DNA from: an uncultured Bacilli bacterium
GTDB taxonomy: Bacteria; Bacillota_I; Bacilli_A; RF39; UBA660
Assembly (NCBI GenBank): GCA_947632415.1
Contig: CANRPB010000003.1
Coordinates: 1-32,000 of the forward strand
Direction of reading: 5' to 3'
Length of the DNA: 32,000 bases
Shown: positions 1 to 10,707 of the stretch, piece after piece
Layout: each line of letters opens with the position of its first letter
How positions within the stretch are numbered: position 1 is the stretch's first letter
Made by a program: the position numbers and the translations under genes
The notes under the pieces: generated by a model
Seen by the model: the letters and a program-made list of their open reading frames with translations, nothing else
The model's database searches: none
Told to the model about the DNA's origin: nothing

Positions 1-24
1 ATTACAACAAAAAATCAATACATA

Positions 25-2067
25 ATGAGTCAAGATTTTTATTTTGATATTGCGGATTTTGTTGAAATGACAGATTTTCAACCTATAGGCGTTCATGAAG
101 ACAACCCTAATGATAGAAATTTATATGTAGATGTAAATAATGAAGAGGGCATAGCATCTTTTAGATTTAGTAATCATTCTGCGGTTTATGGTACTTTACA
201 TATTTGTCGTTCATCTAGTATTAGTAATTTTACAATTTGGGAACACATATATGAAGGTCATGTCAACGACGCTATTGATATGACTATTACTGATAATACT
301 ATTGGTAGTCATATATGGTATCAATATTCTATTCAATTAGAGAATAGTGCTGGCGGTTTATCACAAGTTTATTATACTGATAAGTTTTTCCCAGAATTTT
401 ATGATGCTTTCTTTAGTCGTGGAGATATGCAATTAGCTATCAGATATGACTTTAAAGTAAGTAGCATGAAACCTGTGGTCAATCGTGCTAAAATGGATAC
501 TTTAGGTGGAAAATATCCAAGGTTTGCGGAAAATGCAGTTCTTGGATATAAACAATTTTCTATATCTGGCATTATATCTGCTGAAGCAGACTATAATCAA
601 TTATTTTTAAATAAAAGTAAATATTTCGGAAAAGAATATGATAATTATAGAGTTTATCTTTCACAAAATAAAATTCATGATTTAGTACGTAACGATTCTA
701 AAGATTATTTTGATAAACGTGGTAATTATTTAACTACAACAGAAGATGATTGGTTCTGGGAACGTGAATTCCGCGAAGAAGCTATGAAATTTTTAAATGA
801 TGGCGAGCCTAAACTTTTTAGATCTATGACTGAAGGACTTATACCAGTCATGCTAATGGATATTAATCTTACTCCAAAAGCGCAATTAAATCGCAAATTA
901 TATGATTTCACAGCTACAATGTATGAAATTGCGGATGGTCATTCGTTAGATGAATTAGCTGCTCTTGGAATTATTAATGTTCCAAGAATCGTACAAGAGC
1001 TTGGCGGAGCTCAAGAACAACAACCTACTGAGGACTACCGTACAGTTAGTATACCTGGTCAAGTATATGAGTTTTATCCGACAGATAATAATAATATGAT
1101 AACTAGTGGTATTATATATAGTAAATTGATGGATAGATATGCGGCAGGTGGTGTATATTCACTCAAAGAAGCATACGAGCCGTATATTAAAAATACTCGT
1201 ATTTATTTTCATACTGATCCACATATGTTCTTATTCGGACCCAATAATAGTATACAATTAATAAAGACTCCAACTACTGAACAATTACAATCTAAAAGAA
1301 TTAAACTCGGATACACTTTTCAGTTACAAACTGCGGATAGCATTGGATGGACTACAATTTTTGTTAATGAACGAGGATATTATCAAATTCCTAACAAATT
1401 AAATGTAACGGGTATTGCATTCAATCAATATCAAGATTTAGAGAGTAGTTTTGAGGGTGATAGAGTAACGATTAATTATATTATCACTTATAAAGAAAAA
1501 AGTTCTGATAAAACTATTGTTAGTTCTCAAACTATTGATAGAACAATTATTGGGCAATATCAAAGTGTATTTCCACCTAATTATTATCTCGGAGAAGTTA
1601 TTAGAGCAAGATATAATTATATTACAGAGTACTATGAACAAATGATGCAATTTTGGCGCGGTATTTGTTTAGATGTTACTCCTTATGCGGTTGCTTATAT
1701 TAAATATTATAATCAAAATGATTATCAAGAATTTGTTGTAGGTGAAACGGGAATACTCCATATGTTAAAAGATGTACCTGTTTCTGATATGTGTTTCTTA
1801 GGGAAATATATGGTTGAAAAGCCATTTGAACGACAAAAATATTTAGATGAACAAGAGTATGTCACTGATCCTGGAACTTATATAGAAATAGAAGAGATTA
1901 AAAAGCCTATAAATAATACTGTTTATAATATCGGAGATAAAAAATATATTTATTATCATGATGCTTGGGAAGATTTTAAAGATAAAGGAAATGGCTCTGG
2001 TATTGCGGCTGTTAATATAGAAGGCGCAATTAATTTCTTAGGGGACGTAGTACAAATAAATAGATAG
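25..2067 (+). CDS. virion structural protein (tail/baseplate block), function unassigned
   Basis: 680-codon ORF from ATG 25. The next gene starts 10 nt after its stop, behind a GGAGG. Same-strand packing with the tail-fibre genes downstream. No motif recognised. Confidence 0.6.
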   Translation: MSQDFYFDIADFVEMTDFQPIGVHEDNPNDRNLYVDVNNEEGIASFRFSNHSAVYGTLHICRSSSISNFTIWEHIYEGHVNDAIDMTITDNTIGSHIWYQYSIQLENSAGGLSQVYYTDKFFPEFYDAFFSRGDMQLAIRYDFKVSSMKPVVNRAKMDTLGGKYPRFAENAVLGYKQFSISGIISAEADYNQLFLNKSKYFGKEYDNYRVYLSQNKIHDLVRNDSKDYFDKRGNYLTTTEDDWFWEREFREEAMKFLNDGEPKLFRSMTEGLIPVMLMDINLTPKAQLNRKLYDFTATMYEIADGHSLDELAALGIINVPRIVQELGGAQEQQPTEDYRTVSIPGQVYEFYPTDNNNMITSGIIYSKLMDRYAAGGVYSLKEAYEPYIKNTRIYFHTDPHMFLFGPNNSIQLIKTPTTEQLQSKRIKLGYTFQLQTADSIGWTTIFVNERGYYQIPNKLNVTGIAFNQYQDLESSFEGDRVTINYIITYKEKSSDKTIVSSQTIDRTIIGQYQSVFPPNYYLGEVIRARYNYITEYYEQMMQFWRGICLDVTPYAVAYIKYYNQNDYQEFVVGETGILHMLKDVPVSDMCFLGKYMVEKPFERQKYLDEQEYVTDPGTYIEIEEIKKPINNTVYNIGDKKYIYYHDAWEDFKDKGNGSGIAAVNIEGAINFLGDVVQINR

Positions 2068-2076
2068 GAGGTTTTA

Positions 2077-4290
2077 ATGTTTAGAAAAAATTATCCTTGG
2101 CTAAATAGCCCTTGGGTAAATAATATCAATGAACAAAATGAACGACAAAACTTCCTATCTTTAATTGATAATTTCGTTAATCAAAAGCAATATATAAAAA
2201 TTACTTTACTTGATTGGCAAGAAAATGGTCTTAAAGAAATAGAAGGAGAATTAACTTCTGGTACATTAACTAAAGATGGTTCTTCTAGTGTTCGTTGCAC
2301 AGGTACTTTATCTACCTCTGTAAGTGGTACAGCATATTCTGTAGATGATGCGAATATGGACTTTGCAATAAATAAAAAAATATTTATTGAAATAGGTATT
2401 CAAAATAAAACTCCATATTACCCTAATTATCCAATTATATATTTCCCGCAAGGGGTATTTTTTATTTCTACTTTTAATATCGCATCTAGCGCTACTGGGA
2501 GTGTTAATATATCTTTACAATTAAAAGATAAAATGGCTGGTTTAAATGGCGATGTAGGTGGGGTGTTTCCTGCCACTACTATTTTAGATGAAATGGATAC
2601 TCAATTACCAGATGGCAGTTATGCTACTCAAAAAGTATTAGTTCTCAATATTATTAATGAAGTAGTAAATCATATCGGGGGAGAATTATTAAGTAATATT
2701 GTAATTGAAGATGTTCCTCCACGTATCCAACGCGTAATGCAATGGAACGGAGAAAACCCTTTATGGATGCGAGAACAAGGTAATATTACAACTGGTATAT
2801 ATTACGATGTATCAGTAGAAACACCGGCAGATCCAGAAGAATGGGTTCAATATCGTCGAGGAGATGATGTTGGATATATTTTTGACGATTTTTATTATAC
2901 TGATGAATTAGTTGCAGCTCCTGGAGAAAGTGTTACTTCTATTCTTGATAAATTAGTTGAATATCTAGGCAATTTTGAATATTTTTATGATGAATTTGGA
3001 GTATTCCATTTTAGAGAAATCAAAAACTATATGAATACTACACAAGCATCTATTGTAGAAATGGCATATAAACAATATGATTATTTAGTAGATATTACAA
3101 CTGGTAAAAGTGTATTTAATTTTAGTGATGATAAAAATTTAATTAATATTACAGCGAATCCGCAATATGGCAATATTAAAAATGATTTTGTTGTACAAGG
3201 ATTGCGGAAAGGTACTAATTCTGATATTAGCTATCCTGTTACTTACCATTTAGCTATTGATTATAAACCAAGAGTAGGAAACACTTATAGAGATTTATTT
3301 ATTTATAAATCTCCTACTGATGGTTTAATTAAAGCTATTTTCCCATTACACGTAGATAAACTGCCAGAAGTAGGTAATTTTAATATTTTTTATATGCTTG
3401 AAAATGATACATCACAATGTTGGTTCTGGGCAGAAAATAACGAGTATATTCCAATAGAACCAATAAAATATTATTCTCGTAATGAAATGGATGAAGGATA
3501 CGTAACTAAAGATTGGCGTACAGAGATTTATTTGCGGGGCTTATTGGCTCGTAATAACGGAACTGATGCTTCTCAATATTATACAAGATTAACTAATAAT
3601 ATAGAAAATAATACTGGTATTGCTTATCCTTGGATTGATAATTTATTTAATATAACGAAGCATGAAAAAATAGATGTAGATTTTTATTATGAAGAACTAC
3701 AAGCTTTTTGGCCTGAAATATATGATTTAGAAAAACAACAATTCTGGGCAGAAGCAGAAGATAAAAGTTTATCTCATACTGCTCTTACCCAAGGTAATTA
3801 TTTTTTAGATTTTATTGATCCTTCTACATCTGGTATGGGTAAGTTTGCGGTTAATGCTATAGGTCGTCGTACTCAAGTAATTTCAAATGATAAAATTAAT
3901 TGTTTATTTGAACCAGTATTTCCTGATATTAATTTTATTAATATTGATGAAGATAATGCGGAAGAACTTCGCAATGAATGTATTAGAGTAGGTAAGCCTT
4001 TCTCGCAAATACATGGAGAAATATTTTATGCATTTGCGACTGGTGGGTATCATAATGCAGCATTTGATGAAATTAAATATCAATTATATGTTCATACGAA
4101 TTATGCAACCACTCTTTCTTTAATAGCACTTCCCGCGTATTATCTTGAGCCAAATAGCCGTGTTACTATTAATGATAAATCTACTAATACATATGGGGAT
4201 TATATGATTAGTACTATTACCTTACCTCTTGGAGCGGGTAATACTATGTCAGTTGCAGCAAGTGAGTTAAATATGGACAGATATTTTTAA
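2077..4290 (+). CDS. virion structural protein (tail/baseplate block), function unassigned
   Basis: 737-codon ORF. ATG 2077 is preceded by taggagg (2064-2070). No motif recognised. Confidence 0.6.
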   Translation: MFRKNYPWLNSPWVNNINEQNERQNFLSLIDNFVNQKQYIKITLLDWQENGLKEIEGELTSGTLTKDGSSSVRCTGTLSTSVSGTAYSVDDANMDFAINKKIFIEIGIQNKTPYYPNYPIIYFPQGVFFISTFNIASSATGSVNISLQLKDKMAGLNGDVGGVFPATTILDEMDTQLPDGSYATQKVLVLNIINEVVNHIGGELLSNIVIEDVPPRIQRVMQWNGENPLWMREQGNITTGIYYDVSVETPADPEEWVQYRRGDDVGYIFDDFYYTDELVAAPGESVTSILDKLVEYLGNFEYFYDEFGVFHFREIKNYMNTTQASIVEMAYKQYDYLVDITTGKSVFNFSDDKNLINITANPQYGNIKNDFVVQGLRKGTNSDISYPVTYHLAIDYKPRVGNTYRDLFIYKSPTDGLIKAIFPLHVDKLPEVGNFNIFYMLENDTSQCWFWAENNEYIPIEPIKYYSRNEMDEGYVTKDWRTEIYLRGLLARNNGTDASQYYTRLTNNIENNTGIAYPWIDNLFNITKHEKIDVDFYYEELQAFWPEIYDLEKQQFWAEAEDKSLSHTALTQGNYFLDFIDPSTSGMGKFAVNAIGRRTQVISNDKINCLFEPVFPDINFINIDEDNAEELRNECIRVGKPFSQIHGEIFYAFATGGYHNAAFDEIKYQLYVHTNYATTLSLIALPAYYLEPNSRVTINDKSTNTYGDYMISTITLPLGAGNTMSVAASELNMDRYF

Positions 4291-4373
4291 AATATTTGGG
4301 TATTTTATTAAAATTTATATCTTGTATTTTTTATATATTAATGAGGATTTTATGAGGTATAAGGAGGTTATTA

Positions 4374-5315
4374 ATGGCATTAACATTAGGCCAATATCGT
4401 TTTAGCGGTAGAGGCGCTACGTCAGAAATGACTCCTGTCCTTAGTTATAAGCCAGTTAGCGTTTCAACTGGCTCTTCTACTGATAATGCTTCTTTTTATG
4501 ATGTTCAAATTTCTCCTAATGAGGGACAATTTGTTCAAGATCAAGACTATTACTTACGTATAGCTATTCCAAGAGATATGAACTATACCATGAGTTTTGA
4601 TTTACAACTTACTAAAGTTGAAGGTAGTTCTGAAGAAGTTTATCAATTTATTAAAAATATTACTTTGGAACGCGGCGGTACAGGAGATAATGTTTATAAA
4701 ATTGTATTATTTGAAAATGCCGATGGTGTTATAGATGTACAAATTCCATTACCCTATGTCAAGAATAATTCGAGTACCCGCAATAAAATATATTATGATG
4801 CAGAAAATGATAAATATTACATCGGTTTAGGTGGGACAGATTATCAATTAACCGATAAATTTAATGCTATGTCAGTTCTCGCTTCTTGGATCGTAGAACT
4901 TGATGATAATTATGGTGTTTTTGAAATGGTATTTAGACCTATTGATATAGGCTTTACACATATCCATTTGCGGATGGTACGTACTGCGGAAGATTACAAT
5001 ATTCAAAGAGTAAATGAAGATATGCAAACAGAGTTTGGTCGCAAATTAGATATATCAAAAATTAGATGTGAACTTTATCAATTAATTAATTTAGTTGATA
5101 CTCTTTCACCTATCGGAATACTTGAAAGAATCGGTATTTGGTCGCATCCTGGACTACTAATGAGTATTAATGGTGAAGAAATTAGAGTAACTGCGAGTGG
5201 CTTTTATGAATTAGATGCGATACCTATTACTTCTCTTGGTATTGTTGCTAAAGATAATGATTATACTGATTTCTTTACTATTGATTATGAATATGATGCC
5301 GAGACAGAAGGATAG
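4374..5315 (+). CDS. virion structural protein, function unassigned
   Basis: 313-codon ORF. ATG preceded by aaggagg. It follows an 83-nt intergenic gap (4291-4373). Confidence 0.6.
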   Translation: MALTLGQYRFSGRGATSEMTPVLSYKPVSVSTGSSTDNASFYDVQISPNEGQFVQDQDYYLRIAIPRDMNYTMSFDLQLTKVEGSSEEVYQFIKNITLERGGTGDNVYKIVLFENADGVIDVQIPLPYVKNNSSTRNKIYYDAENDKYYIGLGGTDYQLTDKFNAMSVLASWIVELDDNYGVFEMVFRPIDIGFTHIHLRMVRTAEDYNIQRVNEDMQTEFGRKLDISKIRCELYQLINLVDTLSPIGILERIGIWSHPGLLMSINGEEIRVTASGFYELDAIPITSLGIVAKDNDYTDFFTIDYEYDAETEG

Positions 5316-5325
5316 GAGGTCTTAG

Positions 5326-7542
5326 GTGGATAGCTTATATGGTGGCCATCCTGGGGTCAGTTTTATCCTTTCAGCAAGTTATAAATCTGTTGAAGAAATG
5401 ATTAATGCCTTCAAACAAGGATCTGATTATAAAGATGTTTGGTTTGGAGAATATTGTTTAGTTGATACCATTAACAAACAAGATATTGATAATGGTAAAA
5501 TTTATAGACGTGGCTTAGATTATCAAAATGCAGTAGGTGGAGCTGAATATATAGGCCAGATAGTTGGTCCTTCTGGGCCTACCCCATATTTCCAAATTGA
5601 TACATTAGAAGAAACTAAAGAACGAGCTGAGATTGAAGCTGATGGTGAATTAGTTTGGAAAACTTATCCAACTGGTCGTAGTGAAGATGGAAAATATACT
5701 TTAGAATATAATGGTAATGGTCAAGATATAGCAGAATTTGAATTTGATACTTCTAATGTACTAGTCCCAGGAAAAGTTGATGAAGATGTATTCAATGATT
5801 CTATTAAATATACTTGGGTAAATATCAGAGATAATACTAATGCCGCTGATTCCTGGTTTTATGTTGGTTTTAAAATCCCTTATACAGTAATTGAATATGG
5901 TATTCATAGTGTTAGTCCATATGATGAATTAGGAAATCGTAAAGATCAAGCAGATATTGAACGTAAAGATACACAGCAACATCCTTTTTATGAATTTTGG
6001 GAATTAGGCGTTCCTAAAGGCATTAAAGGTGATGTACTTCGTAATTTACGAGTTATTATTCCAACACAAGAAGATGTTATATATTCTATAGATAATATTA
6101 CTGTTGAAAAAAATGAAAAAACTGGTCAATATACTTCTAAGTTTGGTAAAGCTGGTTATGATGGACAGCAAGAAGATATTAACGGTAAACGCAAAATTTT
6201 AGTTTTTGACTATACAGTTTATGACGAAACTGAGCAAGGTACGACTGTTATGGTTTACCTTGGTGATTTTAATTTAATTGATGCAGTTAAATTAGATGAA
6301 GAAGGTACATTAACTTTTGAATTTAGTCATGATGATGATGGAATATTTGAAAAGAAAATACGTTGGATCGATTTAATCGAATTAACTGAAGGTACCGGCA
6401 CTCAAGGGGGACATATTACATTTACATGGAATAATGACTCTCCGCAAGATAAAACTGAATTTGATATTTCATGGCTTAAAGTTTTAGAAATATTAGAAAA
6501 CGGTACTATTCGTTATACATTTGCAGGTACTCCTGAAATATCAGAACTCCCGCGAGGTATAGAGAGTATAGAAGATGGCGTTTATGAACTTAAAAATTTC
6601 TTAACTTGGATTCAAGGCGCGGATTTTTCTAATGAAACTGGTAAATTAACTTTTAAAAATAATCGTGGTGAAGTAGTTTATGAGACTACTGTGAGTATTA
6701 TAAATAGTGCGATTATTGATTCAGAAGGCCATATTACTTTTTATACTACAACAGATGCAGAAATACCTGTTTTAGATAAAGATGGTGAAAATCCTTTTAT
6801 AGTTAAAACGATTGAAGATATAAAATTATCTAATGATTTGCGAGAAGATCATCATATCCAAATTAAAACGAATGTTGATGAAGATTATGTCTCTATTGGA
6901 GATCCGATTAATTTTATAGAAGATATTGTTATATTACCTAGTAATTTTCATCTATTAGTTTTATTTAGCGATCCTGAACATAGAGTAACCGCAGAAGATT
7001 TAGATGAAGATGGCTATGATACTTATGGTAATCAATGGTATAATAATATTCAAAATAGTAAAGGTATAAATCTTGGTGAAGATATATATTGGCGAGATTA
7101 TGGCGCAGTTAAAGACCAAAGTGGCATTTTAGTTGGTTTTAATATTCTTCAACAAGAAGTTTTAGATGCGGGCTTTACTGATGTATTAGAATATTTAAAT
7201 AATAAATATCCTAATGGCTTGACTGAAGAACAAAATAAGCCAGGTTATCCTCCGCTCGTTGGTAAAATTATTACTTGGAGCGAAGGAGATGAAGATAGCA
7301 AACAATTTTATGGTTATGACTATAATCTTGAAACATGGTATTATTTAGGTGAAGTTGAACCTAATACAGCTATGCGAGATGTACGTCTACTTAATCATAC
7401 CGTTGTTACTACTGAAGATGCTATTAAAGAACTTAAAAGATGGATTCCTTCAAATGGTGTACTAATTGAAGGAGATAATTTTAATTATAATAATGAAGCC
7501 ATACCTGTTTATTGGGAACCTGGATATACAGCATGGACTTAA
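5326..7542 (+). CDS. virion structural protein, function unassigned
   Basis: 738-codon ORF with a GTG start shortly after taggagg, 10 nt after the upstream stop. No motif recognised. Confidence 0.6.
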   Translation: MDSLYGGHPGVSFILSASYKSVEEMINAFKQGSDYKDVWFGEYCLVDTINKQDIDNGKIYRRGLDYQNAVGGAEYIGQIVGPSGPTPYFQIDTLEETKERAEIEADGELVWKTYPTGRSEDGKYTLEYNGNGQDIAEFEFDTSNVLVPGKVDEDVFNDSIKYTWVNIRDNTNAADSWFYVGFKIPYTVIEYGIHSVSPYDELGNRKDQADIERKDTQQHPFYEFWELGVPKGIKGDVLRNLRVIIPTQEDVIYSIDNITVEKNEKTGQYTSKFGKAGYDGQQEDINGKRKILVFDYTVYDETEQGTTVMVYLGDFNLIDAVKLDEEGTLTFEFSHDDDGIFEKKIRWIDLIELTEGTGTQGGHITFTWNNDSPQDKTEFDISWLKVLEILENGTIRYTFAGTPEISELPRGIESIEDGVYELKNFLTWIQGADFSNETGKLTFKNNRGEVVYETTVSIINSAIIDSEGHITFYTTTDAEIPVLDKDGENPFIVKTIEDIKLSNDLREDHHIQIKTNVDEDYVSIGDPINFIEDIVILPSNFHLLVLFSDPEHRVTAEDLDEDGYDTYGNQWYNNIQNSKGINLGEDIYWRDYGAVKDQSGILVGFNILQQEVLDAGFTDVLEYLNNKYPNGLTEEQNKPGYPPLVGKIITWSEGDEDSKQFYGYDYNLETWYYLGEVEPNTAMRDVRLLNHTVVTTEDAIKELKRWIPSNGVLIEGDNFNYNNEAIPVYWEPGYTAWT

Positions 7543-7868
7543 AACAATTTATTGGCCCGTTCAAAAAAGGCCAACGTTTAACAGTTCCCGCGGAAATAGG
7601 TAGTACATATGTTCATATTGGTATTCAAATACCAAAGATGGCGCCTATAGGAATTGCAGCAACAGTTGTTAATGATGATGGAACAATTACAAAAACAGGT
7701 GAATGGCGAGAATCAAGAGAAAAAATTCAACTTACCGTGAATGGAGTAAATTTACAAATTCATAGAAGAGGAATTTTAGAATTTGATTTATTGGGTGAAA
7801 TTGAATGGAATATAGTATTTCAACAAGATTTACCGCATGAAACTATTATTGATATAGTGAGAGAATAA
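7533..7868 (+). CDS. small structural-module protein, function unassigned
   Basis: ATG 7533 overlaps the upstream stop (ATGGACTTAA). The ORF-track start at 7512 is a non-ATG codon inside the upstream gene, so I prefer 7533. Confidence 0.5.
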   Translation: MDLKQFIGPFKKGQRLTVPAEIGSTYVHIGIQIPKMAPIGIAATVVNDDGTITKTGEWRESREKIQLTVNGVNLQIHRRGILEFDLLGEIEWNIVFQQDLPHETIIDIVRE

Positions 7869-7883
7869 AGGGGTGATATTAGG

Positions 7884-8897
7884 GTGACTAAGGGTAATCC
7901 AAATGATGAGTCATTGCGAGAATCCGTACAAATAAATATATACGATGATAATGCTCAAAAACTTAAACCTTTGTATATCGCCCCTGATGCTACAGACCAA
8001 ATTCGTGGTGATGTATATTTAACAGATACAATAAATAATGAATTAGATGCTACTACTGGAGTTACAGCTATTACTCCAAAAGCAGTATCTGACACAGCTA
8101 TAGCTGATTTAGTTAAAGATGCAAAACTTGCAGCCCAAGCTGCTCAAGAAGCTGCTCAAGCTGCTAAAGATATATCTGATACTATTGGATCAACAGTTAA
8201 AGCTGAAGTAGCAGCTTTTATGAAAGATCTAATTATTGATATTGAACATGGCGGTACTAGTGCTAATAATATAGAGCAAGCAAGAACTAATTTGGGGTTA
8301 GGTACTATTGCTACATTAAATACTCCACTTGCTATTGAATATGGAGGTACTAATGCTATTACCGCTCCAGCTGCAAGAGCTAATTTAGGTCTTGGCACTA
8401 TTGCAACACTTAATAGTCCTCTCCCTGTTACCAATGGTGGTACTGGTGCTAATATTGCTAAGGCTGCTATTCATAATCTTGGAGGTATATATGCAGGTGG
8501 TGCCTTAGATTATGTTGCTGTAGGTGCTGATCTGAATACAGCTCCATATATCAACTTCGGTCAGTGGTCTAAGAATGCTAATAATACCACCATAAAAAAT
8601 GGACCTGCAGGAGTTGAGGGTGAATGGTGGATGCTCTACTGTCTTCAGGCTTATGGAGATGGTAATGCTAGATTCCAAGTTATCATCACTCTTAAAAGCC
8701 GTATGTTCATACGTCATATTACGAGTGCAGGAGATCCTGGTATCTGGGGTGGATGGAATGAGTTCTATAACTCGGTATCTTCACCTGCAGTTCCTATAAC
8801 TAAAGGTGGTACTGGAGCTACAGCAGTTGCTGCTGCATTGAATAATTTGGAAATTACACCTATTACTAATGCTGAAATAGATGCAATGTTTGTATAA
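7884..8897 (+). CDS. tail fibre protein, paralogue A
   Basis: GTG start after aaagggg. The N-terminal ~70 aa (KGNPNDES..YIAPDATDQIRGDVYLTD..TGVTAITPKAV) are paralogous to the N-terminus of 11942..13309. Ala/Gln-rich coiled-coil stretch. Several copies of a GGT(G/S/N)..A..NLGLGTIATLN motif typical of phage tail-fibre repeats. Confidence 0.75.
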   Translation: MTKGNPNDESLRESVQINIYDDNAQKLKPLYIAPDATDQIRGDVYLTDTINNELDATTGVTAITPKAVSDTAIADLVKDAKLAAQAAQEAAQAAKDISDTIGSTVKAEVAAFMKDLIIDIEHGGTSANNIEQARTNLGLGTIATLNTPLAIEYGGTNAITAPAARANLGLGTIATLNSPLPVTNGGTGANIAKAAIHNLGGIYAGGALDYVAVGADLNTAPYINFGQWSKNANNTTIKNGPAGVEGEWWMLYCLQAYGDGNARFQVIITLKSRMFIRHITSAGDPGIWGGWNEFYNSVSSPAVPITKGGTGATAVAAALNNLEITPITNAEIDAMFV

Positions 8898-8922
8898 TTA
8901 ATAGAAATAAAAGGAGAAAATT

Positions 8923-10527
8923 ATGGACAGTGTCCTTACTAAACCGGGGACAATTCATTTGGTTGAAAAAATTAAAAATAAATTAGCTCCTATACAAAAA
9001 TTATTATATTTACAATCTAAAATATATTTTAATGAAAAGACTCAAAGATATGAGGGTATTGGAGAATGGCTTAATAGTCGTAGGGATGGTTTGATATATG
9101 GTGTAAAAATTCCTAAGTATAGCTTTTCTACAACAACAACTGCAACTAAAATAGGTGCTAACGCAAATTTAATATTAGAACCTTCTACAGAGACTAGTGC
9201 TGGTAGAAATGATTATGAAAATATTGTATTATTTGAATGTATAAGATGTAATGGTGGAGTTGACGCAGATGGCATGCCATATGTAACTGCTATTGAAGGG
9301 TTAGATGGAAGATTTGATCCAATTAAAAATAATACATATATCATAACACCAGTATATTATAGAAAAATAACTTCAGACACGCAATATAGCACCTTTGAAT
9401 ATACTGATACTCCAACTACTGGTTTTACTGCTTGTTATGGAGCATATACAGCGACAAATGTATTGCGGCCTTTCATTTTACGAGCCTGTTATTTAGATTC
9501 AGACGGCAAGTGTAGTTCTAAATCTGGGACTATTCCTGGAACTTATAGAAGTCCTACTTCTATTGCTCACTCTCTTAATTATGATTTAACTAATAGTAAA
9601 AATAGACAAGATGGTTTAACATTTTTAACTTATGGGGATATTTGTTATCAAGAAGATTTTATGGAGCTTATGCTTGGAGTAAAAGCTCCACGAAGTCAAG
9701 TTGTTGGATGTTGTAGTTATAATTATCAATATAATTTAGCTGCGGCAGAAACAAATGTTAAACGTATTATACTTACAGATGCACAAGCTGCATTTTTTGA
9801 AATTGGCTCTACTGTATCAGTGGGCAATGAAACTGTAACTAATAAAGATCGTAATAATATTGCGAGCCATGCTATTGCGAGTTCTGTGAAAATTATTTCT
9901 AAAACGTCTCTTGGAAATGGTAATACTGCACTTAATTTAAATTTATCTAGTAATATAACAACTAAAACGAATTATTTTGTTTCTTCTATGCCGTGGTATA
10001 ATGGTACTTGTGATAAAATTCAAGGGACTTATGGTGCTCGCACTACTGCTGCATTAAAAAATAGTAAAGAACCTTTCAGATTTCAAAATTGTGAATGGAA
10101 TTTGGGAGTTTGGGAAGTTTTTTGTAATTATATGGGCATCTGCTCAACTGATGGTACAAATGATACTTATGAATATTATTTAGCACCTGATATATCAAAA
10201 GTAACTACTTCAGATGGTCAAACTGGGTGGGTTAAAATGACACATATTACAGTAGATACTAAAAATGCGAAATATATTAAAGATTATGAAGTTGAAAAAG
10301 GTGCTCGAATCCCCTCTGCTTGGAGTGGAACTGCTACTACTGGTTATATGAGTGGCTGTTGGCTATTTGGATCGGCTGGTTCCCATGAAATCCTGGCCGG
10401 TGGGGACTTGCGCGCTGGTGCTCTGGCTGGTGTTGGTGCATTCGATGCGGACTATGCCACGGGGTCTGCGTATTGGTCCTTTGGGGGCCGCTCATCTACC
10501 ATCGGGCATTCCGCGCCAGCGGAATAG
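8923..10527 (+). CDS. DGR variable (target) protein, probable receptor-binding fibre/tip protein
   Basis: 534-codon ORF behind aaaggag. Its last ~45 codons contain the VR. The VR peptide AGGDLRAGALAGVGAFDADYATGSAYWSFGGR matches the TR-encoded SGGNLNNGALAGVGAFNANNATGNANWNIGGR, a pattern typical of C-type-lectin-fold DGR targets. Confidence 0.85.
   Translation: MDSVLTKPGTIHLVEKIKNKLAPIQKLLYLQSKIYFNEKTQRYEGIGEWLNSRRDGLIYGVKIPKYSFSTTTTATKIGANANLILEPSTETSAGRNDYENIVLFECIRCNGGVDADGMPYVTAIEGLDGRFDPIKNNTYIITPVYYRKITSDTQYSTFEYTDTPTTGFTACYGAYTATNVLRPFILRACYLDSDGKCSSKSGTIPGTYRSPTSIAHSLNYDLTNSKNRQDGLTFLTYGDICYQEDFMELMLGVKAPRSQVVGCCSYNYQYNLAAAETNVKRIILTDAQAAFFEIGSTVSVGNETVTNKDRNNIASHAIASSVKIISKTSLGNGNTALNLNLSSNITTKTNYFVSSMPWYNGTCDKIQGTYGARTTAALKNSKEPFRFQNCEWNLGVWEVFCNYMGICSTDGTNDTYEYYLAPDISKVTTSDGQTGWVKMTHITVDTKNAKYIKDYEVEKGARIPSAWSGTATTGYMSGCWLFGSAGSHEILAGGDLRAGALAGVGAFDADYATGSAYWSFGGRSSTIGHSAPAE
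10397..10500 (+). repeat. DGR variable repeat (VR)
   Basis: Hand alignment to 10604-10707 at a constant offset of 207 nt with no gaps. There are 17 mismatches, 14 of them at TR adenines. The other three are 10425, 10493 and 10499, the last two at the 3' end where IMH/IMH* differences are expected. Confidence 0.9.
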
Positions 10528-10534
10528 GGGTGAA

Positions 10535-10566
10535 TTGGCCGAAGGCCAAGAGGGGTGCTAACCCCT
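10535..10566 (+). promoter_or_regulatory. two adjacent GC-rich hairpins downstream of VR (candidate DGR target-recognition structure)
   Basis: ttggcc-gaa-ggccaa (10535-10549) and aggggt-gcta-acccct (10551-10566) are both perfect 6-bp stems. They lie just 3' of the target-gene stop (10525-10527). Confidence 0.5.
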
Positions 10567-10603
10567 ATGGGGAGTTTGACCGTCTCGGTTTCTTTTCCGC
10601 GCT

Positions 10604-10707
10604 CCGGTGGGAACTTGAACAATGGTGCTCTTGCTGGTGTTGGTGCATTCAATGCGAACAATGCCACGGGGAATGCGAATTGGAACATTGGGGGCCGCTT
10701 ATCTAGC
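10604..10707 (+). repeat. DGR template repeat (TR)
   Basis: Invariant partner of the VR. In the VR reading frame it holds nine AAY codons plus ATT. It lies in non-coding space 126 nt upstream of the RT start. Confidence 0.9.

Noticed and set aside
7533-7868. The small ORF upstream of the fibre genes as a displaced DGR accessory (avd) candidate
   Set aside because: The sequence looks beta-rich and hydrophobic (IGIQIPKMAPIGIAATVV) rather than like a basic four-helix bundle. It is also separated from TR and RT by two genes.
8270-8420. Direct repeats in the fibre gene, considered as a possible CRISPR-like or regulatory repeat array
   Set aside because: The repeats are in frame and encode the GGT..A..NLGLGTIATLN fibre motif. 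There is no spacer/repeat periodicity, and no CRISPR array exists anywhere in the window.
8156-8799. Shadow ORFs within tail fibre paralogue A (8156..8434 -, 8505..8717 -, 8599..8799 +)
   Set aside because: They fall inside a motif-supported gene. The Ala/Gly-rich coding sequence leaves alternative frames open.
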